Of a stretch of 54,735 nucleotides of DNA, positions 12,647 through 23,971 are shown in pieces; positions within the stretch are counted from its first letter, which is position 1, and every line of letters starts with the position of its first letter. This stretch comes from Candidatus Nanopelagicales bacterium (GTDB lineage: Bacteria > Actinomycetota > Actinomycetes > S36-B12), in contig JBDNFH010000055.1 of assembly GCA_041689915.1 (NCBI GenBank), positions 1-54,735 of the forward strand, read 5' to 3'. A program made the translations under genes and the position numbers. The notes under the pieces were generated by a model. The model had not been told where the DNA came from. It ran no database searches and saw only the letters and a list, made by a program, of their open reading frames with translations.

Positions 12647-13549
12647 TCATGACAATTCGAGGTGTGCGCTGCGCGATGTAAGCGTAATCAGAGTGGCTTC
12701 CGGTGGGCAGGCAAATCTAAAGGGTGCATAGCGTGAGCAACCCAGCCCAGCCGAAACATGTAGCGCGGAGTCCTGATGACGTGAAAGTCCACGCGCACGT
12801 TTGGTATCAAGATCACAGTTGGTAACAAGTGCTCCGTAACCGGGAAGACGAAGTTGCCCGCCGTGAGTGTGACCCGCGAGAATCAGTTGCACTTTGTCGA
12901 AGGCCATTGCGTCGAGCACCCGCAGATAGGGCGCGTGAACAACTCCGAGGGTGAGGTCGGCGTCACTGTTAAAACTATTCGTGATTCCGGCGTAGTCATC
13001 CCGTGAAATATGGGGGTCGTCAACACCCTTCACACTGATCAGGCGCCCGTCCACTTTCCAATCCACCTGAGTATTGGTCAAGTCAAGCCAGCCATGACTT
13101 TTCATGCCTTGCACAAGTGGTTCCCAATCCAACATGGAACGCGAAGGTGTGAGTTGGCTTGGGCCAGAAAAGTATCCAATCGGGTTGATTGGCTTTGGGG
13201 CGTAGTAGTCATTGCTACCCAACACGAAGGCACCGGGAAGGTCCATGAGTGGGTTAAGTGCTTCTAGTGCGGAGGGGACACCTTCTTCGTGCGAGAGGAA
13301 GTCACCGGTTGCGACTACGGCATCGGGGTTGAGGGTTGCTAATGAACGTACCCACTGGGATTTGGTTCTCTGTCCGGGGACCATATGTAAATCTGAAATA
13401 TGGAGTAAACGAATTGGAGCTTGATCGGGTTCAAGAACCGGAATCTGAACTCGGCGCAAGGTGAATCTCCTCGTTTCAAGGTGCGCGTAGGCCAAAGCTC
13501 CCAGGCCGACAGAGGTAGTCACCGCCAATGCCTTACGTGTTGAAACCAT
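12647..13549 (-). CDS. Metallophosphoesterase (Rv3683-like)
   Basis: HISDLH, ATGDF, GSNDY, AGHTHGGQ; conserved position beside tRNA-Pro and ponA. Confidence 0.9.
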   Translation of the reverse strand: MVSTRKALAVTTSVGLGALAYAHLETRRFTLRRVQIPVLEPDQAPIRLLHISDLHMVPGQRTKSQWVRSLATLNPDAVVATGDFLSHEEGVPSALEALNPLMDLPGAFVLGSNDYYAPKPINPIGYFSGPSQLTPSRSMLDWEPLVQGMKSHGWLDLTNTQVDWKVDGRLISVKGVDDPHISRDDYAGITNSFNSDADLTLGVVHAPYLRVLDAMAFDKVQLILAGHTHGGQLRLPGYGALVTNCDLDTKRARGLSRHQDSALHVSAGLGCSRYAPFRFACPPEATLITLTSRSAHLELS

Positions 13550-13594
13550 GTGTCCATGTTCCCACTCGTTGCGTGTGAGTGGAACAATGCCTGC

Positions 13595-14062
13595 ATGTCT
13601 ACTGACCTCAAGGCCCAACTTAGAGTTGATTTGACCGCTTCGATAAAGGCGCGTGATGAACTAAAGTCAGCCACACTGCGCATGGTGCTCACGGCAATCA
13701 CGAATGAGGAAGTCTCGGGAAAAGAGGCCAGAGTTCTCACAGATGAAGACGTGCTCACGGTGCTCGCACGTGAGGGAAAGAAGCGTCGTGAGAGTGCGAT
13801 TGCTTACACCGAAGCCAACCGCCCGGAATTGGCAGCGCGCGAGAATGCAGAGTTGGAAGTAATTTCACTGTACTTGCCGGAGCAGTTAAATGACGCTGAG
13901 ATCGAAGCAATTGTTGCTACCGCGGTCGACCAAGTTGCAGGGAGCGGAGTCACCGGAGGAGCTGCGATCGGCGCTGTCATGAAGATTGTTCAACCGCAGG
14001 TCAAGGGACGCGCGGATGGCGGCGTCGTTGCCGGGCTGGTGAAGAAAGCCTTGGAAGGCTAA
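13595..14062 (+). CDS. GatB/YqeY domain protein
   Basis: LKAQLRVDLTASIKARD, KKRRES, YLPEQL, KGRADG. Confidence 0.92.
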   Translation: MSTDLKAQLRVDLTASIKARDELKSATLRMVLTAITNEEVSGKEARVLTDEDVLTVLAREGKKRRESAIAYTEANRPELAARENAELEVISLYLPEQLNDAEIEAIVATAVDQVAGSGVTGGAAIGAVMKIVQPQVKGRADGGVVAGLVKKALEG

Positions 14063-16320
14063 GGAACGAGATTGTCAGTAGGGCTTGCGGCAGGAGCTGG
14101 ATTCTCAAAAACTTGTTCCTGTGTTGGGGCTGGGGTCAGTTCGTCACTTGGAGCCGTTAGTGAGTTTGGATCAGTATTATCAAAGGTCGTTTCGCCTTCG
14201 GGGATGAAAATCTCATCGGTGGGAACTGGCTCTGGCTCTACATAAGGCGCGACCGTGAATTGAGTGCGTAAATCAAAATTGACAATTGGGAGATTGGCTG
14301 AGGCGGCCAGCATGGACTCTTTCCAGATTGGTCCAGGCAGAGTTCCGCCATACACCTGACGGTAATACTTGCCATTGATAGTGATGTCCTTGAGCGGGAA
14401 TGCGTAACCTCCGCGAGGGTCACCAACCCATACTGCTGAGGCAACTTGAGGAGTGAAGCCGGCGAACCAGACCGCCGCCGATTCATTTGTGGTTCCCGTT
14501 TTTCCAGCAACCGGGCGGTTACCTAAATTCATGGCAGAACCCGTACGGCCTGGGATGTTTCCGTCTACTACGCCGTTCAGCATCATGGTGACTCCGTCAG
14601 CAACTTCCCGGTCAAGTACTTGGCGGCAGTCACCATTGGGAACGGGAAGCTTTGCACCGTCCCGATCTCGGATTTCCAAGATAGGAACGGGGTCACAATA
14701 GCGACCGTGCGCTGCAAAGGTTGCATAGGCATTTGCCAAGGACAGTGGCGCAATCTCCATGGTGCCCAAAGTGAATGAGGGCACTCGCAGGAGTGGGTCA
14801 CCGTTGCCGAGGGTCACTCCGAGTGATTCGGCAATGTCTGCAGGTCGACAAATTCCCGTGCGCTCTTCGATTGCCATGAAGTAGGTATTGGTTGAATAGG
14901 CGGTTGCCAGCGCCATGTTGAGAGTGCCGGACGTAGTTGAGTTGCGCACTGTTACCGGATCATAGATCACGCCGGTGTCACAATTTTTGAAATTGTTGAA
15001 AGTATTTGGGCTTGGAGCGCTGATGTATTCATTCGGTGAGATCCCTGCCTCGAGTGCTGCTGCAAGGGTGAAAATTTTGAATGTTGAGCCGGCCTGCATT
15101 CCAATGGTTCCACCCATGCTTTGGGTCGCGTTGTAGTTATAGGTTGTTTTTCCTTTTCCGCTAGTTCCCCATTCACGGTTTTGGGTCATGGCAATTATTT
15201 GCCCGGTGCCAGGTTGGACCATGGAAATCGCCGCAGCTTTGCCACTTGGGTCGTCAATTGGAATTGTTGAGTCGACGATTTGAGTCACCGCTTTTTGCAC
15301 GATCGGATCAAGTGTTGTCGTGATGGTGTAGCCACCGCGGCGAAGGAATGCTTCACGCTCTTCGGGAGTCTCGCCGAAAATATTATTCTCACGGATTGAT
15401 TGAAGGACGTAATCGCAGAAGAATGGTGCGTAACTTGAGGTGCAGCCATTAGAAACTTGGGTTGGGTTTATCAGCGCCTGCATCGGGATTTTTTGGGCGC
15501 GATCCGAGTCGGCTTGTGAGATGTAGCCAAGGGTTGCCATCCGGCCCAGAACAACATTGCGGCGTTCGGTTGAGAGTTCAGGATTGCGAATTGGATCGTA
15601 GGAAGTCGGGCGCTGAACAATGCCCGCAAGGGTTGCGGCTTCGGCGAGGGTGAGGTTTGCCGCTGGCTTTGAAAAGTAGCGCCGTGATGCAGCTTCGATT
15701 CCGTAGGCACCCGATCCGAAGTAGGCAATGTTGAGATATCGCGAGAGAATCTCGCCTTTTGTGAATCGTTTCTCTAGAGCCAGGGCTAACCGCACTTCTT
15801 TGATCTTCCGGGCTGAACTATCTCCTCGCGCCGCATCGAGTTCTTCAGCGCTGGTCGCTTGATTTACCAGAACGTTTTTGACGTACTGCATGGTCAGGGT
15901 GGAGGCACCTTCTGAGATTTCACCAGAACTGGCATTGGATGCCGCGGCTCGAACGATCCCACGGAAGTCGACCCCATTGTGTTCAAGGAAGCGGGAGTCT
16001 TCCACCGCAATGGTTGCTTGGCGCAGGATCGGGGCGATGCTGTCCAGGGGGACTTCAACTCGATTTTGATAGTAAATAGTGGCCAGTACTGAACCGTCGG
16101 AGGCAAGGATCACGCTTCGCTCAGGTAGCGGAGGGGTGTTCAACTCGTCGGGTAGTGACTCGAAATCCCGGACAACATCTCGGGTGAGCACACCAAGGCT
16201 GCCAGCGAATGGAATGAGCATGAGCCCTACCAAAGTGCCGGCAAGGATGGAGATTCCCACAATTGCCCCAAGAGTGGCGGCAATCGCGCCAGCGGTGTGT
16301 CTTTCTCGGGGCATATTCAT
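14059..16320 (-). CDS. ponA: Class A penicillin-binding protein (PonA2-like transglycosylase/transpeptidase)
   Basis: EDSRFLEHNGVD, GASTLTMQYVKN, STFK, STN, KTGT motifs; N-terminal TM segment. Confidence 0.93.
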   Translation of the reverse strand: MNMPRERHTAGAIAATLGAIVGISILAGTLVGLMLIPFAGSLGVLTRDVVRDFESLPDELNTPPLPERSVILASDGSVLATIYYQNRVEVPLDSIAPILRQATIAVEDSRFLEHNGVDFRGIVRAAASNASSGEISEGASTLTMQYVKNVLVNQATSAEELDAARGDSSARKIKEVRLALALEKRFTKGEILSRYLNIAYFGSGAYGIEAASRRYFSKPAANLTLAEAATLAGIVQRPTSYDPIRNPELSTERRNVVLGRMATLGYISQADSDRAQKIPMQALINPTQVSNGCTSSYAPFFCDYVLQSIRENNIFGETPEEREAFLRRGGYTITTTLDPIVQKAVTQIVDSTIPIDDPSGKAAAISMVQPGTGQIIAMTQNREWGTSGKGKTTYNYNATQSMGGTIGMQAGSTFKIFTLAAALEAGISPNEYISAPSPNTFNNFKNCDTGVIYDPVTVRNSTTSGTLNMALATAYSTNTYFMAIEERTGICRPADIAESLGVTLGNGDPLLRVPSFTLGTMEIAPLSLANAYATFAAHGRYCDPVPILEIRDRDGAKLPVPNGDCRQVLDREVADGVTMMLNGVVDGNIPGRTGSAMNLGNRPVAGKTGTTNESAAVWFAGFTPQVASAVWVGDPRGGYAFPLKDITINGKYYRQVYGGTLPGPIWKESMLAASANLPIVNFDLRTQFTVAPYVEPEPVPTDEIFIPEGETTFDNTDPNSLTAPSDELTPAPTQEQVFENPAPAASPTDNLVP

Positions 16321-16557
16321 CAGACGACAAGGGTAAGTCCCTCGTTCCCAATTTCCAAAGGCATCCCTATTCATTCGAATTTAACCGAAGCCTTATCAGG
16401 GGGGGAATTCTGGTGAACCTTGTGCAAACTTTCCCAAAACAGAAAACTATTGACTCTCGGTTGTGGGCGGAGCATAGTTTGGAAAGTACAGAAGCGGCTG
16501 GCGAAGATGTCCGGGGGTTCCGCTTTGGGGGCAACTAAATGAGGAGTTTGCGCACAT

Positions 16558-16869
16558 ATGTCAATAGCAACCGAATGGGCCGCCAAGGCAGCATGTCGCA
16601 GTATAGATCCAGACATACTTTTTGTTCAAGGAGCGGCTCAGAATCGCGTGAAAGCGATTTGCCTCGGTTGCGAGGTTCGCACGGAGTGCCTCTCAGACGC
16701 ACTGGACAACCGGATTGAGTTTGGGGTTTGGGGTGGCATGACCGAGCGAGAGCGTCGGGCACTGCTCCGCCGTCGACCCAATGTTGGTTCATGGCGAGCC
16801 TTGCTCATGAGTGCTCAAGGTGAGTACGAGCGTCAATCTTTTTTGAGTGTGACCGATCGCGCTTCGTAA
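16558..16869 (+). CDS. whiB4: WhiB4/WblA-like Fe-S transcriptional regulator
   Basis: Four Cys, GVWGGMTERERR; divergent from ponA as in other actinobacteria. Confidence 0.92.
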   Translation: MSIATEWAAKAACRSIDPDILFVQGAAQNRVKAICLGCEVRTECLSDALDNRIEFGVWGGMTERERRALLRRRPNVGSWRALLMSAQGEYERQSFLSVTDRAS

Positions 16870-17997
16870 CTACCAGTCAATTTCTTGATTGGCGAGGGCG
16901 GCACCGATTTCGCGTAGGCCCGCTAAATCATGGACGTCTTGGGCCATTGCGGGAACGGGCTGAACGGGAACGCTCGGATGCGCCGCTGTAAAACGTGAAG
17001 CGAGATGCTTTTGTCGTGCTTTGATCTCCATTCGCTCCGCATGCAATTCTAGTAATGCAGCAGTGAGTGGCCCTGCGCCTTCGGCAGTGAGTTTTTGAGC
17101 AGCGGACAACACTTGATCGTGGGTGAGCCCAGTTTCTGGCACTTCCTGCACTCGATTCAGAATCAGCCCACCAAGTGGCATTCCGTCTTGATTAAGGCGC
17201 TCAACAAAATAAGCAGCCTCGCGCAATGCATCACGCTCAGGGGCAGCCACCACGATAAATTCCGTCCCCGAATCTTTGAGCAACGCGTAGGTCGCATCAG
17301 CTCGTTCACGGAAGCCACCGAATGTTGTGTCAATAGCTGCAACGAAATTGCCAACATCTGCGAGCACTTGAGCACCCAGGAGTTTGCTCAAGACATTAGT
17401 GAAGATTCCAAAACCAAGTACTGCTATTCGCCCTAGTCCGCGACCGGCGCCTCTCGCAGGTGCAGTGAGAATCCGAATGAAACGTCCGTCAAGAAATGAA
17501 CCGAGGCGGGCCGGCGCATCAAGGAAATCGAGTGCATTTCGACTTGGGGGCGTGTCGACAATGATCAAGTCCCAATGGGATTCATCAGCTCGCAACTGTC
17601 CAAGTTTTTCCATGGCCATGTACTCCTGGGTACCGGCAAATGAGGACGAGAGCGCTTGATAAAACGGGTTACTTAAAATTTGCTGTGCCCGTTCGGGGTC
17701 GCTGTGCGCTTCGACGACTTCGTCGAATGTGCGCTTCATGTCGAGCATCATTGCGCTCAATGAACCGTTAGTAATTCCAGGTACGGGTCGTGGTGTGTTA
17801 TCAAGTTCGGTCAGCCCCATTGCTTGCGCGAGTCTGCGGGCCGGGTCAATTGTTAATACACACACATTTCGGCCAAGCTCTGCTGCGCGAAGCCCTAAAG
17901 CGGCTGCCGTTGTGGTTTTGCCAACTCCACCTGCTCCAGTGCACACAATTATGTGCTTGTCAGGATTGGAAAGAATCGCGTCAATGTCCAATGTCAT
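16870..17997 (-). CDS. ArsA/Get3-like ATPase (Rv3680-like)
   Basis: [23 protein letters not shown]. Confidence 0.9.
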   Translation of the reverse strand: MTLDIDAILSNPDKHIIVCTGAGGVGKTTTAAALGLRAAELGRNVCVLTIDPARRLAQAMGLTELDNTPRPVPGITNGSLSAMMLDMKRTFDEVVEAHSDPERAQQILSNPFYQALSSSFAGTQEYMAMEKLGQLRADESHWDLIIVDTPPSRNALDFLDAPARLGSFLDGRFIRILTAPARGAGRGLGRIAVLGFGIFTNVLSKLLGAQVLADVGNFVAAIDTTFGGFRERADATYALLKDSGTEFIVVAAPERDALREAAYFVERLNQDGMPLGGLILNRVQEVPETGLTHDQVLSAAQKLTAEGAGPLTAALLELHAERMEIKARQKHLASRFTAAHPSVPVQPVPAMAQDVHDLAGLREIGAALANQEIDW

Positions 17998-17998
17998 A

Positions 17999-18988
17999 TT
18001 ATTGCGCCTCGCCAATTCCTGAAGCGGACATGATTGCGGCAAGTTCGTAGAGTGCCCCCAAGTCAATTCCACTTGGCAATAATGGGAGAACAAAGATCGG
18101 AAGGCCTCGATCGGTTAAGCGTTCTAGTTCACTTACTTCTAAGTTGACTCGCTCAGCGTGATCACTGGCTTCGGTGAGTAACGCGTTAACCAGTTGCACG
18201 GTTGGCGCCAGACCTGCTTGGGTAATTTCACGTTGAATTTCCACAGTAGGAAGTTGACGTGCAATCGCCACTTTTCGCTGTCGTGCATCGAGCTGAGGTG
18301 ACCTGGTCATGTTCACAAAAATCCCGCCAAGAGGAAGTCCGGCCGCTTCAAGTTCGCTCGCACCGTCAAGGGTTTCTTGCACTGGCATTTCTTCAAGGAG
18401 TGTCACAATGTGGATTACAGTTTGTTCCGAGGCGATCACACTCATGACTGAATCTGCATGTGATTTGATCGGACCGACCTTGGCAAGACCCGAAACCTCA
18501 GTATTTACATTCAAAAACCGCGTGATGCGTCCGGTAGGGGGAGCATCGAGAATTACATAGTCGTACGCATTGTCTTGATTTTTTTCTTTGCGCTTGACCA
18601 CTTCGCAGGCTTTTCCGGTAAGTAATACATCACGCAGTCCCGGTGCGATTGTGGTTGCAAAATCCACCGCCCCCATTTTACTCAATGCGGATCCGGCTCG
18701 GCGGAGTTTGTAAAACATTTGGAGGTAGTCAAGGAGAGCCTCTTCCACGTCAACGGCGAGCGCCCAGACCTCACCACCACCCGGTGCTACCGCGATTTTG
18801 CGCTCTTCGTAGGACAAGGGCTGGGTGTCAAATAGTTGGGCGATACCTTGTCGGTCTTCAACCTCCATGAGCAAAGTTCTGTGGCCGCCTCTGGCCAGCG
18901 CAATTGCCAGTGCCGCTGCGACAGTGGTCTTGCCAGTTCCACCCTTGCCGGTTACGACGTGAAGGGTCACTTTGGGCCAATATTGCAC
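17999..18988 (-). CDS. ArsA/Get3-like ATPase (Rv3679-like)
   Basis: [18 protein letters not shown]; tandem with its paralog. Confidence 0.9.
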   Translation of the reverse strand: MQYWPKVTLHVVTGKGGTGKTTVAAALAIALARGGHRTLLMEVEDRQGIAQLFDTQPLSYEERKIAVAPGGGEVWALAVDVEEALLDYLQMFYKLRRAGSALSKMGAVDFATTIAPGLRDVLLTGKACEVVKRKEKNQDNAYDYVILDAPPTGRITRFLNVNTEVSGLAKVGPIKSHADSVMSVIASEQTVIHIVTLLEEMPVQETLDGASELEAAGLPLGGIFVNMTRSPQLDARQRKVAIARQLPTVEIQREITQAGLAPTVQLVNALLTEASDHAERVNLEVSELERLTDRGLPIFVLPLLPSGIDLGALYELAAIMSASGIGEAQ

Positions 18989-19028
18989 TCGTTCACTGTA
19001 CTAACCCCGTCCGCGTTACGCTCTCCCC

Positions 19029-19184
19029 ATGACAATTTGGGAATACGCGACCGTGCCGCTCTTGATTCATGCAACAAAGCAAATCCTCGATACGTGGGGA
19101 GAAGACGGCTGGGAGCTCATTCAAGTTGTGCCAGGTCCCAATTCCGACAACATGGTTGCTTATCTCAAGCGCCCCAAAAATTAA
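19029..19184 (+). CDS. DUF4177 small protein (51 aa; missing from the ORF track)
   Basis: MTIWEYATVPLLIHATKQILDTWGEDGWELIQVVPGPNSDNMVAYLKRPKN; TACGCT-N6-ATG; conserved position before RidA. Confidence 0.88.
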   Translation: MTIWEYATVPLLIHATKQILDTWGEDGWELIQVVPGPNSDNMVAYLKRPKN

Positions 19185-19196
19185 GAGGTAAAGGTT

Positions 19197-19652
19197 GTGT
19201 CTGCAGTCGAAGATCGTCTCGCCGAACTTGGTTTGACCGTCCCTGAGGTCGCAGCTCCTCTTGCGGCGTACGTCCCCGCCGTGATCAGTGGCTCGTACGT
19301 CTATACATCAGGACAGTTGCCTTTTGTCTCCGGAGTCCTTCAAGCCACAGGCCGCCTTGGTGCCGAAATTGAAATTGATCAAGGCGTAGCCCTGGCTCAA
19401 ATTTGTGCACTAAATGCAATTGCTGCGGTAAAGAGCGTGATTGGTGATCTTGATCGGGTTGTGCAGGTAGTTCGGGTTACTGGATTTGTTGCATCAACTT
19501 CGGAGTTCACTTCCCAGCCGGCCGTGATAAACGGTGCGAGCAATTTATTGGGTACCGCTTTTGGCGGGGCACATTCACGTTCAGCAGTTGGTGTAGCAGC
19601 ACTCCCACTTGGGGCACCCGTTGAAGTGGACATGATTGTTGAGTTTAAGTAA
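19197..19652 (+). CDS. RidA/YjgF family protein
   Basis: AYVPAV, TSGQLP, HSRSAVGVAALPLGAPVEV. Confidence 0.92.
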   Translation: MSAVEDRLAELGLTVPEVAAPLAAYVPAVISGSYVYTSGQLPFVSGVLQATGRLGAEIEIDQGVALAQICALNAIAAVKSVIGDLDRVVQVVRVTGFVASTSEFTSQPAVINGASNLLGTAFGGAHSRSAVGVAALPLGAPVEVDMIVEFK

Positions 19653-19655
19653 CAC

Positions 19656-20345
19656 GTGGAATTGCTCCCACTGACCGAACGCGTTAAATCTGTCGCTGCG
19701 GGCGACGGTCGGTGGAGCATTCCGGTGGCAGAACCCGCAGCCACGGTAGTGATTGCACGGCCGGCAAAAGCTGGTTTTGAAGTACTACTCATGCAGCGCA
19801 GCGCCACCATGGCGTTCGCGCCGAACATGGCTGTATTCCCGGGGGGTCGGGTTGACCCGAAAGATCACGACTTCCCTGACCCATTTCTGGCCTGCGCGAT
19901 CCGCGAAGTGAATGAAGAAGTTGATCTTGTTCTCAGTGGGCTCATTGCCCTTGACCACTGGATTACTCCAGAAGTTGAACTACTGCGCTACGACGTACAT
20001 TTCTATCTGGCGATCGTGGACGAACACGTCGAAGGAAGTCTGGTAACAACCGAGGCGGACACCATGCTGTGGCTGACACCGGCGCACGCTCATGCCAGAT
20101 CACTAGACGGATCACTCCCGATGCTTCGTCCAACTCAAGTTGCTCTTGCCGAATTAAATCTGAGTAATGACCTTGAGCAACTAACTCAATTTGCCAGGGC
20201 GCGAAATATCGCACCGAGACTTCCCAGGCCGGTACTAGAACCGTCAGGGGAAATTCGTTGGGATTTGGTGAATGGTCACACGGGCGAGCTGATTGCGACC
20301 AACGTAGGCAGGGCGAAGCAGGAAACGACGGGCAGTCATGACTAG
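19656..20345 (+). CDS. NUDIX hydrolase
   Basis: FPGGRVD...AIREVNEE, HWITP, RYDVHF. Confidence 0.88.
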   Translation: MELLPLTERVKSVAAGDGRWSIPVAEPAATVVIARPAKAGFEVLLMQRSATMAFAPNMAVFPGGRVDPKDHDFPDPFLACAIREVNEEVDLVLSGLIALDHWITPEVELLRYDVHFYLAIVDEHVEGSLVTTEADTMLWLTPAHAHARSLDGSLPMLRPTQVALAELNLSNDLEQLTQFARARNIAPRLPRPVLEPSGEIRWDLVNGHTGELIATNVGRAKQETTGSHD

Positions 20346-21114
20346 TCAGGAAGTTCGGCAAATATGGACCGGTGGTGTGGTTGCAGTTGACGTCAATTGC
20401 GTTTTGGCGCCTAATCCTTCGCCGTGGACACTTGAAGGCACTAACACGTACCTCATCGGTGAAGCTGGCGGAAGGCAAGTAGTAGTTGACCCAGGCCCGG
20501 CCGACAGCGCGCATTTGCAGCGAGTCTCTCAATTAGCGCAGGGACCGATTGCGGCAATTTTGTTAACCCATGCGCACATTGATCACTCCGAAGGCGCACC
20601 TGATTTATCTGCACTCGTCGGCGCTCCAGTTATTTCTAGCCGCGAAATTGCCGGGCTTGATTTGGGCACTGTCGAGTTACACATGCACCGGACTCCTGGG
20701 CACAGTTCCGACAGCGTCTGCATCACGGTTATTTCCCCTTCGGGTCGATACCTTCTTAGTGGTGACACTATTTTGGGTCGTGGCACAACACTGGTTGCCC
20801 ACCCGGACGGTGTACTCAGTGAATACTTTGACTCACTTCGCCTACTGCGTGATCACTGTAATGAGCAAGGGATCAACACACTTTTACCAGGACACGGACC
20901 GATCGCAGAGTCTCCTGTCGCACTCATTGATTTCTATGAAAAACACCGACTTGAACGACTTGAACAAATTCGCGCAGCAATCCAAGAGGGCAATACAACC
21001 GTTGAATCAATTACTAGCTTGGTTTACGCAGATATTGATCCAAAAATTCGAATAGCCGCTGAATTAACGGTTGCAGCCCAACTTCACTACTTGGAAAAAG
21101 AGGCACTGGGCTAA
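20338..21114 (+). CDS. MBL-fold metallo-hydrolase
   Basis: THAHIDH, TPGHSSD, SGD, PGHG. Confidence 0.9.
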   Translation: MTSQEVRQIWTGGVVAVDVNCVLAPNPSPWTLEGTNTYLIGEAGGRQVVVDPGPADSAHLQRVSQLAQGPIAAILLTHAHIDHSEGAPDLSALVGAPVISSREIAGLDLGTVELHMHRTPGHSSDSVCITVISPSGRYLLSGDTILGRGTTLVAHPDGVLSEYFDSLRLLRDHCNEQGINTLLPGHGPIAESPVALIDFYEKHRLERLEQIRAAIQEGNTTVESITSLVYADIDPKIRIAAELTVAAQLHYLEKEALG

Positions 21115-21785
21115 CGGGCCCGTTTGCCTAGTCTTTCAATATCGAGAATCAGTACTTGACGTGACTCCAAAGTGATCCAACCGCGCTGAGCGAAATCAGC
21201 GAGTGCCTTATTCACTGTTTCCCGGGATGCACCAACAAGTTGCGCGAGCTCCTCTTGGGTCATGTCGTGGGTAACGAGAAGGCCACTTGGGATCAGCGTT
21301 CCAAACTTTTCACCCAGTTCCATCAGCGCTTTTGCGACCCGACCGGGCACATCACTGAACACGAGGTCAGCCATTGCTTCGTTGGTGCGGCGAAGTCTGC
21401 GCGCGAGAGTTTGTAACAGTGCGGCAGCGACTTCGGGGCGACCGGCCAGCCATGGCATGAATTGCGTGTTGCCGAGGCGCAAAACGCGGGCTTCGGTGAG
21501 CGCGGTTGCGGTTGAGGTTCGAAGGCCTGGATCGAACAGACTCAGTTCACCAAACATTTCGCCCGGGCCGAGTATCGCCATGAGTGACTCGCGCCCATCA
21601 GCAGAAGCATGTCCAAGTTTTACTTTGCCTTCAAGGATGAGAAAAAGATGATCACCGGGCTCGTCTTCCTGGAAGAGCACTCCACCTTTAACAACCACCT
21701 GCTCGGTGAGCAACTCCATGAGGGCCGCGGCACCGTCTTCATCTAAAGATGCAAATAGTGGGGATTGATGCAGGACAGAATCCAC
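21111..21785 (-). CDS. crp: Crp/Fnr family regulator (CRP/GlxR ortholog)
   Basis: FGELSLFDPGLRTSTA cNMP pocket, TQEELAQLVGASRETVNKAL HTH; AAAGGGG SD before GTG 21785. Confidence 0.93.
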   Translation of the reverse strand: MDSVLHQSPLFASLDEDGAAALMELLTEQVVVKGGVLFQEDEPGDHLFLILEGKVKLGHASADGRESLMAILGPGEMFGELSLFDPGLRTSTATALTEARVLRLGNTQFMPWLAGRPEVAAALLQTLARRLRRTNEAMADLVFSDVPGRVAKALMELGEKFGTLIPSGLLVTHDMTQEELAQLVGASRETVNKALADFAQRGWITLESRQVLILDIERLGKRAR

Positions 21786-21924
21786 GTGCGCCCCTTTCGT
21801 CAACGGTTGATACATGTTGTAAACAAGTTCGGATTTCCTCGCTAGGGGCACTTTATTGGATCCACTCGGACGTCACCGCAGGTCGGGGGGCGTGAGCCAA
21901 TTTACGGTGACTTAATCTAGGGGA

Positions 21925-22644
21925 GTGTCCGCCGCCCAAAATCTCCTAGAAGCTCCAGATCCGGTGGTGGTTAAGGACGCTCGGTGGATTTTCCGAGAAT
22001 TGGTCAAGACCTACCCTGACGCTGGACCTGAACTTGATTTCACTTCACCCCTCGAAATCCTGGTCGCCACAATTCTCAGCGCGCAGTGCACCGATCGCCG
22101 GGTAAACGCGGTCACGCCAGCACTTTTCACCAAGTATCCCGATGCTCCGGCCTACGCCGCGGCGAATCAAGAGGAACTTGAAGAACTCATTCGACCTACC
22201 GGTTTCTACCGAAATAAGGCAACCACGATTATTGGGATGGGGGCCAAACTCACCTCAGAGTTCGACGGTGAAGTGCCCAAAACGGTGGAGGAACTTGTCA
22301 CCCTGCCGGGTGTTGGTCGTAAGACCGCCTTCGTCGTGATGGGAAATGCCTTTGGCTTACCGGGAATCACAATCGACACTCACTTTGGTCGTTTGGCACG
22401 TAGATTCGGTTGGACCACCAATACTGACCCGGTCAAAGTTGAGCGCGATATTGAACTTATTTTCCCAGCGAAAGATTGGACCCAGCTTTCGCACCTTGTT
22501 CTCTGGCACGGGCGACGCGTGTGTCATGCGCGTAAACCCGCGTGCGGGGCGTGTGCTGTCGCAAAAAAGTGCCCTGCATTCGGCGAAGGGCCAACGGATT
22601 TCGCGGAAGCCGAAAAACTGGTTAAGTCACAAGGTCGAGCGTGA
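21925..22644 (+). CDS. nth: Endonuclease III
   Basis: [18 protein letters not shown]-terminal 4Fe-4[12 protein letters not shown]...C. Confidence 0.95.
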   Translation: MSAAQNLLEAPDPVVVKDARWIFRELVKTYPDAGPELDFTSPLEILVATILSAQCTDRRVNAVTPALFTKYPDAPAYAAANQEELEELIRPTGFYRNKATTIIGMGAKLTSEFDGEVPKTVEELVTLPGVGRKTAFVVMGNAFGLPGITIDTHFGRLARRFGWTTNTDPVKVERDIELIFPAKDWTQLSHLVLWHGRRVCHARKPACGACAVAKKCPAFGEGPTDFAEAEKLVKSQGRA

Positions 22645-23297
22645 ATAAGGGGCGAGGTCTACGCATTGCAATGGGTGTAGTTGCTGCCGCCGTGTCACTA
22701 AGTGCCTGCGCGAGTTCGGAAACCGCAGGTGAATTAGTTAAGGCGCCAAGTCCCAACACGAGCAGCCGTGACGCACAGCACGGTGAGCCTCCGCGCGATC
22801 CGGAGATGCTTGCACTCATGCAGGAAGTGAATTTGGATCCGTGTCCTACGCCTGTACCAAACCCTGATGCCGCAATTCCAGGTTTGCCCGACCAAGTCTT
22901 TGACTGCCTCGGTGACACTTCCGCGATTTCGTTGGCGCAGGTTCGCGGGAAGCCCATGGTTGTTAACGTTTGGGCTTCTTGGTGTTCACCGTGCATCGCA
23001 GAGTCGCCGCTGCTTGAAAAAACTTCGCGGGAACTTGACGATGAAGTGGATTTTATCGGGATCAATCTTGAAGATGACCCAACGAGTGCGCTTCAATTCA
23101 TGCAAGACTTTGGCATCACCTATCCATCGGTGATTGACCATTCGGGTGATACTCGCGCGCCGCTGACAATCCTTGGACCACCCGTCACCTATTTCGTAAC
23201 GCCCGAGGGTGTTATCACCGGTCGTTGGGACGGTGCAATACCCAGCGAGGAAAAATTTTATGCCCTCTTGCAGCAATACTTAGGAATCAACAGGTGA
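22641..23297 (+). CDS. TlpA-family thiol-disulfide oxidoreductase lipoprotein
   Basis: Lipobox [12 protein letters not shown]. Confidence 0.9.
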   Translation: MNKGRGLRIAMGVVAAAVSLSACASSETAGELVKAPSPNTSSRDAQHGEPPRDPEMLALMQEVNLDPCPTPVPNPDAAIPGLPDQVFDCLGDTSAISLAQVRGKPMVVNVWASWCSPCIAESPLLEKTSRELDDEVDFIGINLEDDPTSALQFMQDFGITYPSVIDHSGDTRAPLTILGPPVTYFVTPEGVITGRWDGAIPSEEKFYALLQQYLGINR

Positions 23298-23971
23298 ACT
23301 GGTTAACCCAAGGAAGGCTCATCCCCGAGTCACTTCAACCATTGCCACAGTGGTTGAGTCCCGTAGCAAACGCAGTTGACGGACTCGGCGCCGAAGCCCT
23401 CACCCAATTCATTCCAACCATTGGGCAAGGAGTCCACTCCGCAGTACTGGTTCTCTTCGGGGATCAAAAAGATGTTCTGATTATTGAACGAGCAGTCGAT
23501 GCAAGTTTGCATAGTGGTCAACCCGCTTTCCCTGGTGGGCGAGTTGAAGTAAGTGACCAGTCCGCGATCGCAGCGGCGCTACGCGAAGCACACGAGGAAA
23601 CTGGACTTGATCCACGTGGTGTCACTCCATTCGCCCAGCTTCCAGATTTATGGATCCCGGTGAGTAATTACGTGGTGTCGCCGATCCTTGGTTGGTGGCA
23701 TGAATCAAGCCCAATTAGTGCACGGGATGTCAGGGAAGTTGCCAGCGTGCACCGAATCCCAATCGCTGATTTCGTGAATCCTGACAATCGCGTTAGCATT
23801 CGACACCCTTCCGGCTACATGGGAGATGCGTTTGAAGTGAATAAGTTATTGGTGTGGGGATTCACCGGTGGGTTGATTTCAACCCTGTTCGAACTATCAG
23901 GCTGGAGTGTTCCTTGGGATCGAGACCGGGTAGTAGCCGTAGGACAAGGCGCACAACGTGAACACGGTTGA
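23294..23971 (+). CDS. CoA pyrophosphatase (NUDIX)
   Basis: HSGQPAFPGG, AALREAHEETG, VWGFTG. Confidence 0.9.
   Translation: MNWLTQGRLIPESLQPLPQWLSPVANAVDGLGAEALTQFIPTIGQGVHSAVLVLFGDQKDVLIIERAVDASLHSGQPAFPGGRVEVSDQSAIAAALREAHEETGLDPRGVTPFAQLPDLWIPVSNYVVSPILGWWHESSPISARDVREVASVHRIPIADFVNPDNRVSIRHPSGYMGDAFEVNKLLVWGFTGGLISTLFELSGWSVPWDRDRVVAVGQGAQREHG

Noticed and set aside
16870-18988. ArsA ATPases read as an arsenic-resistance system linked to arsR/arsI
   Set aside because: They are the conserved Rv3679/Rv3680-like pair beside whiB4, with no arsB or arsD.
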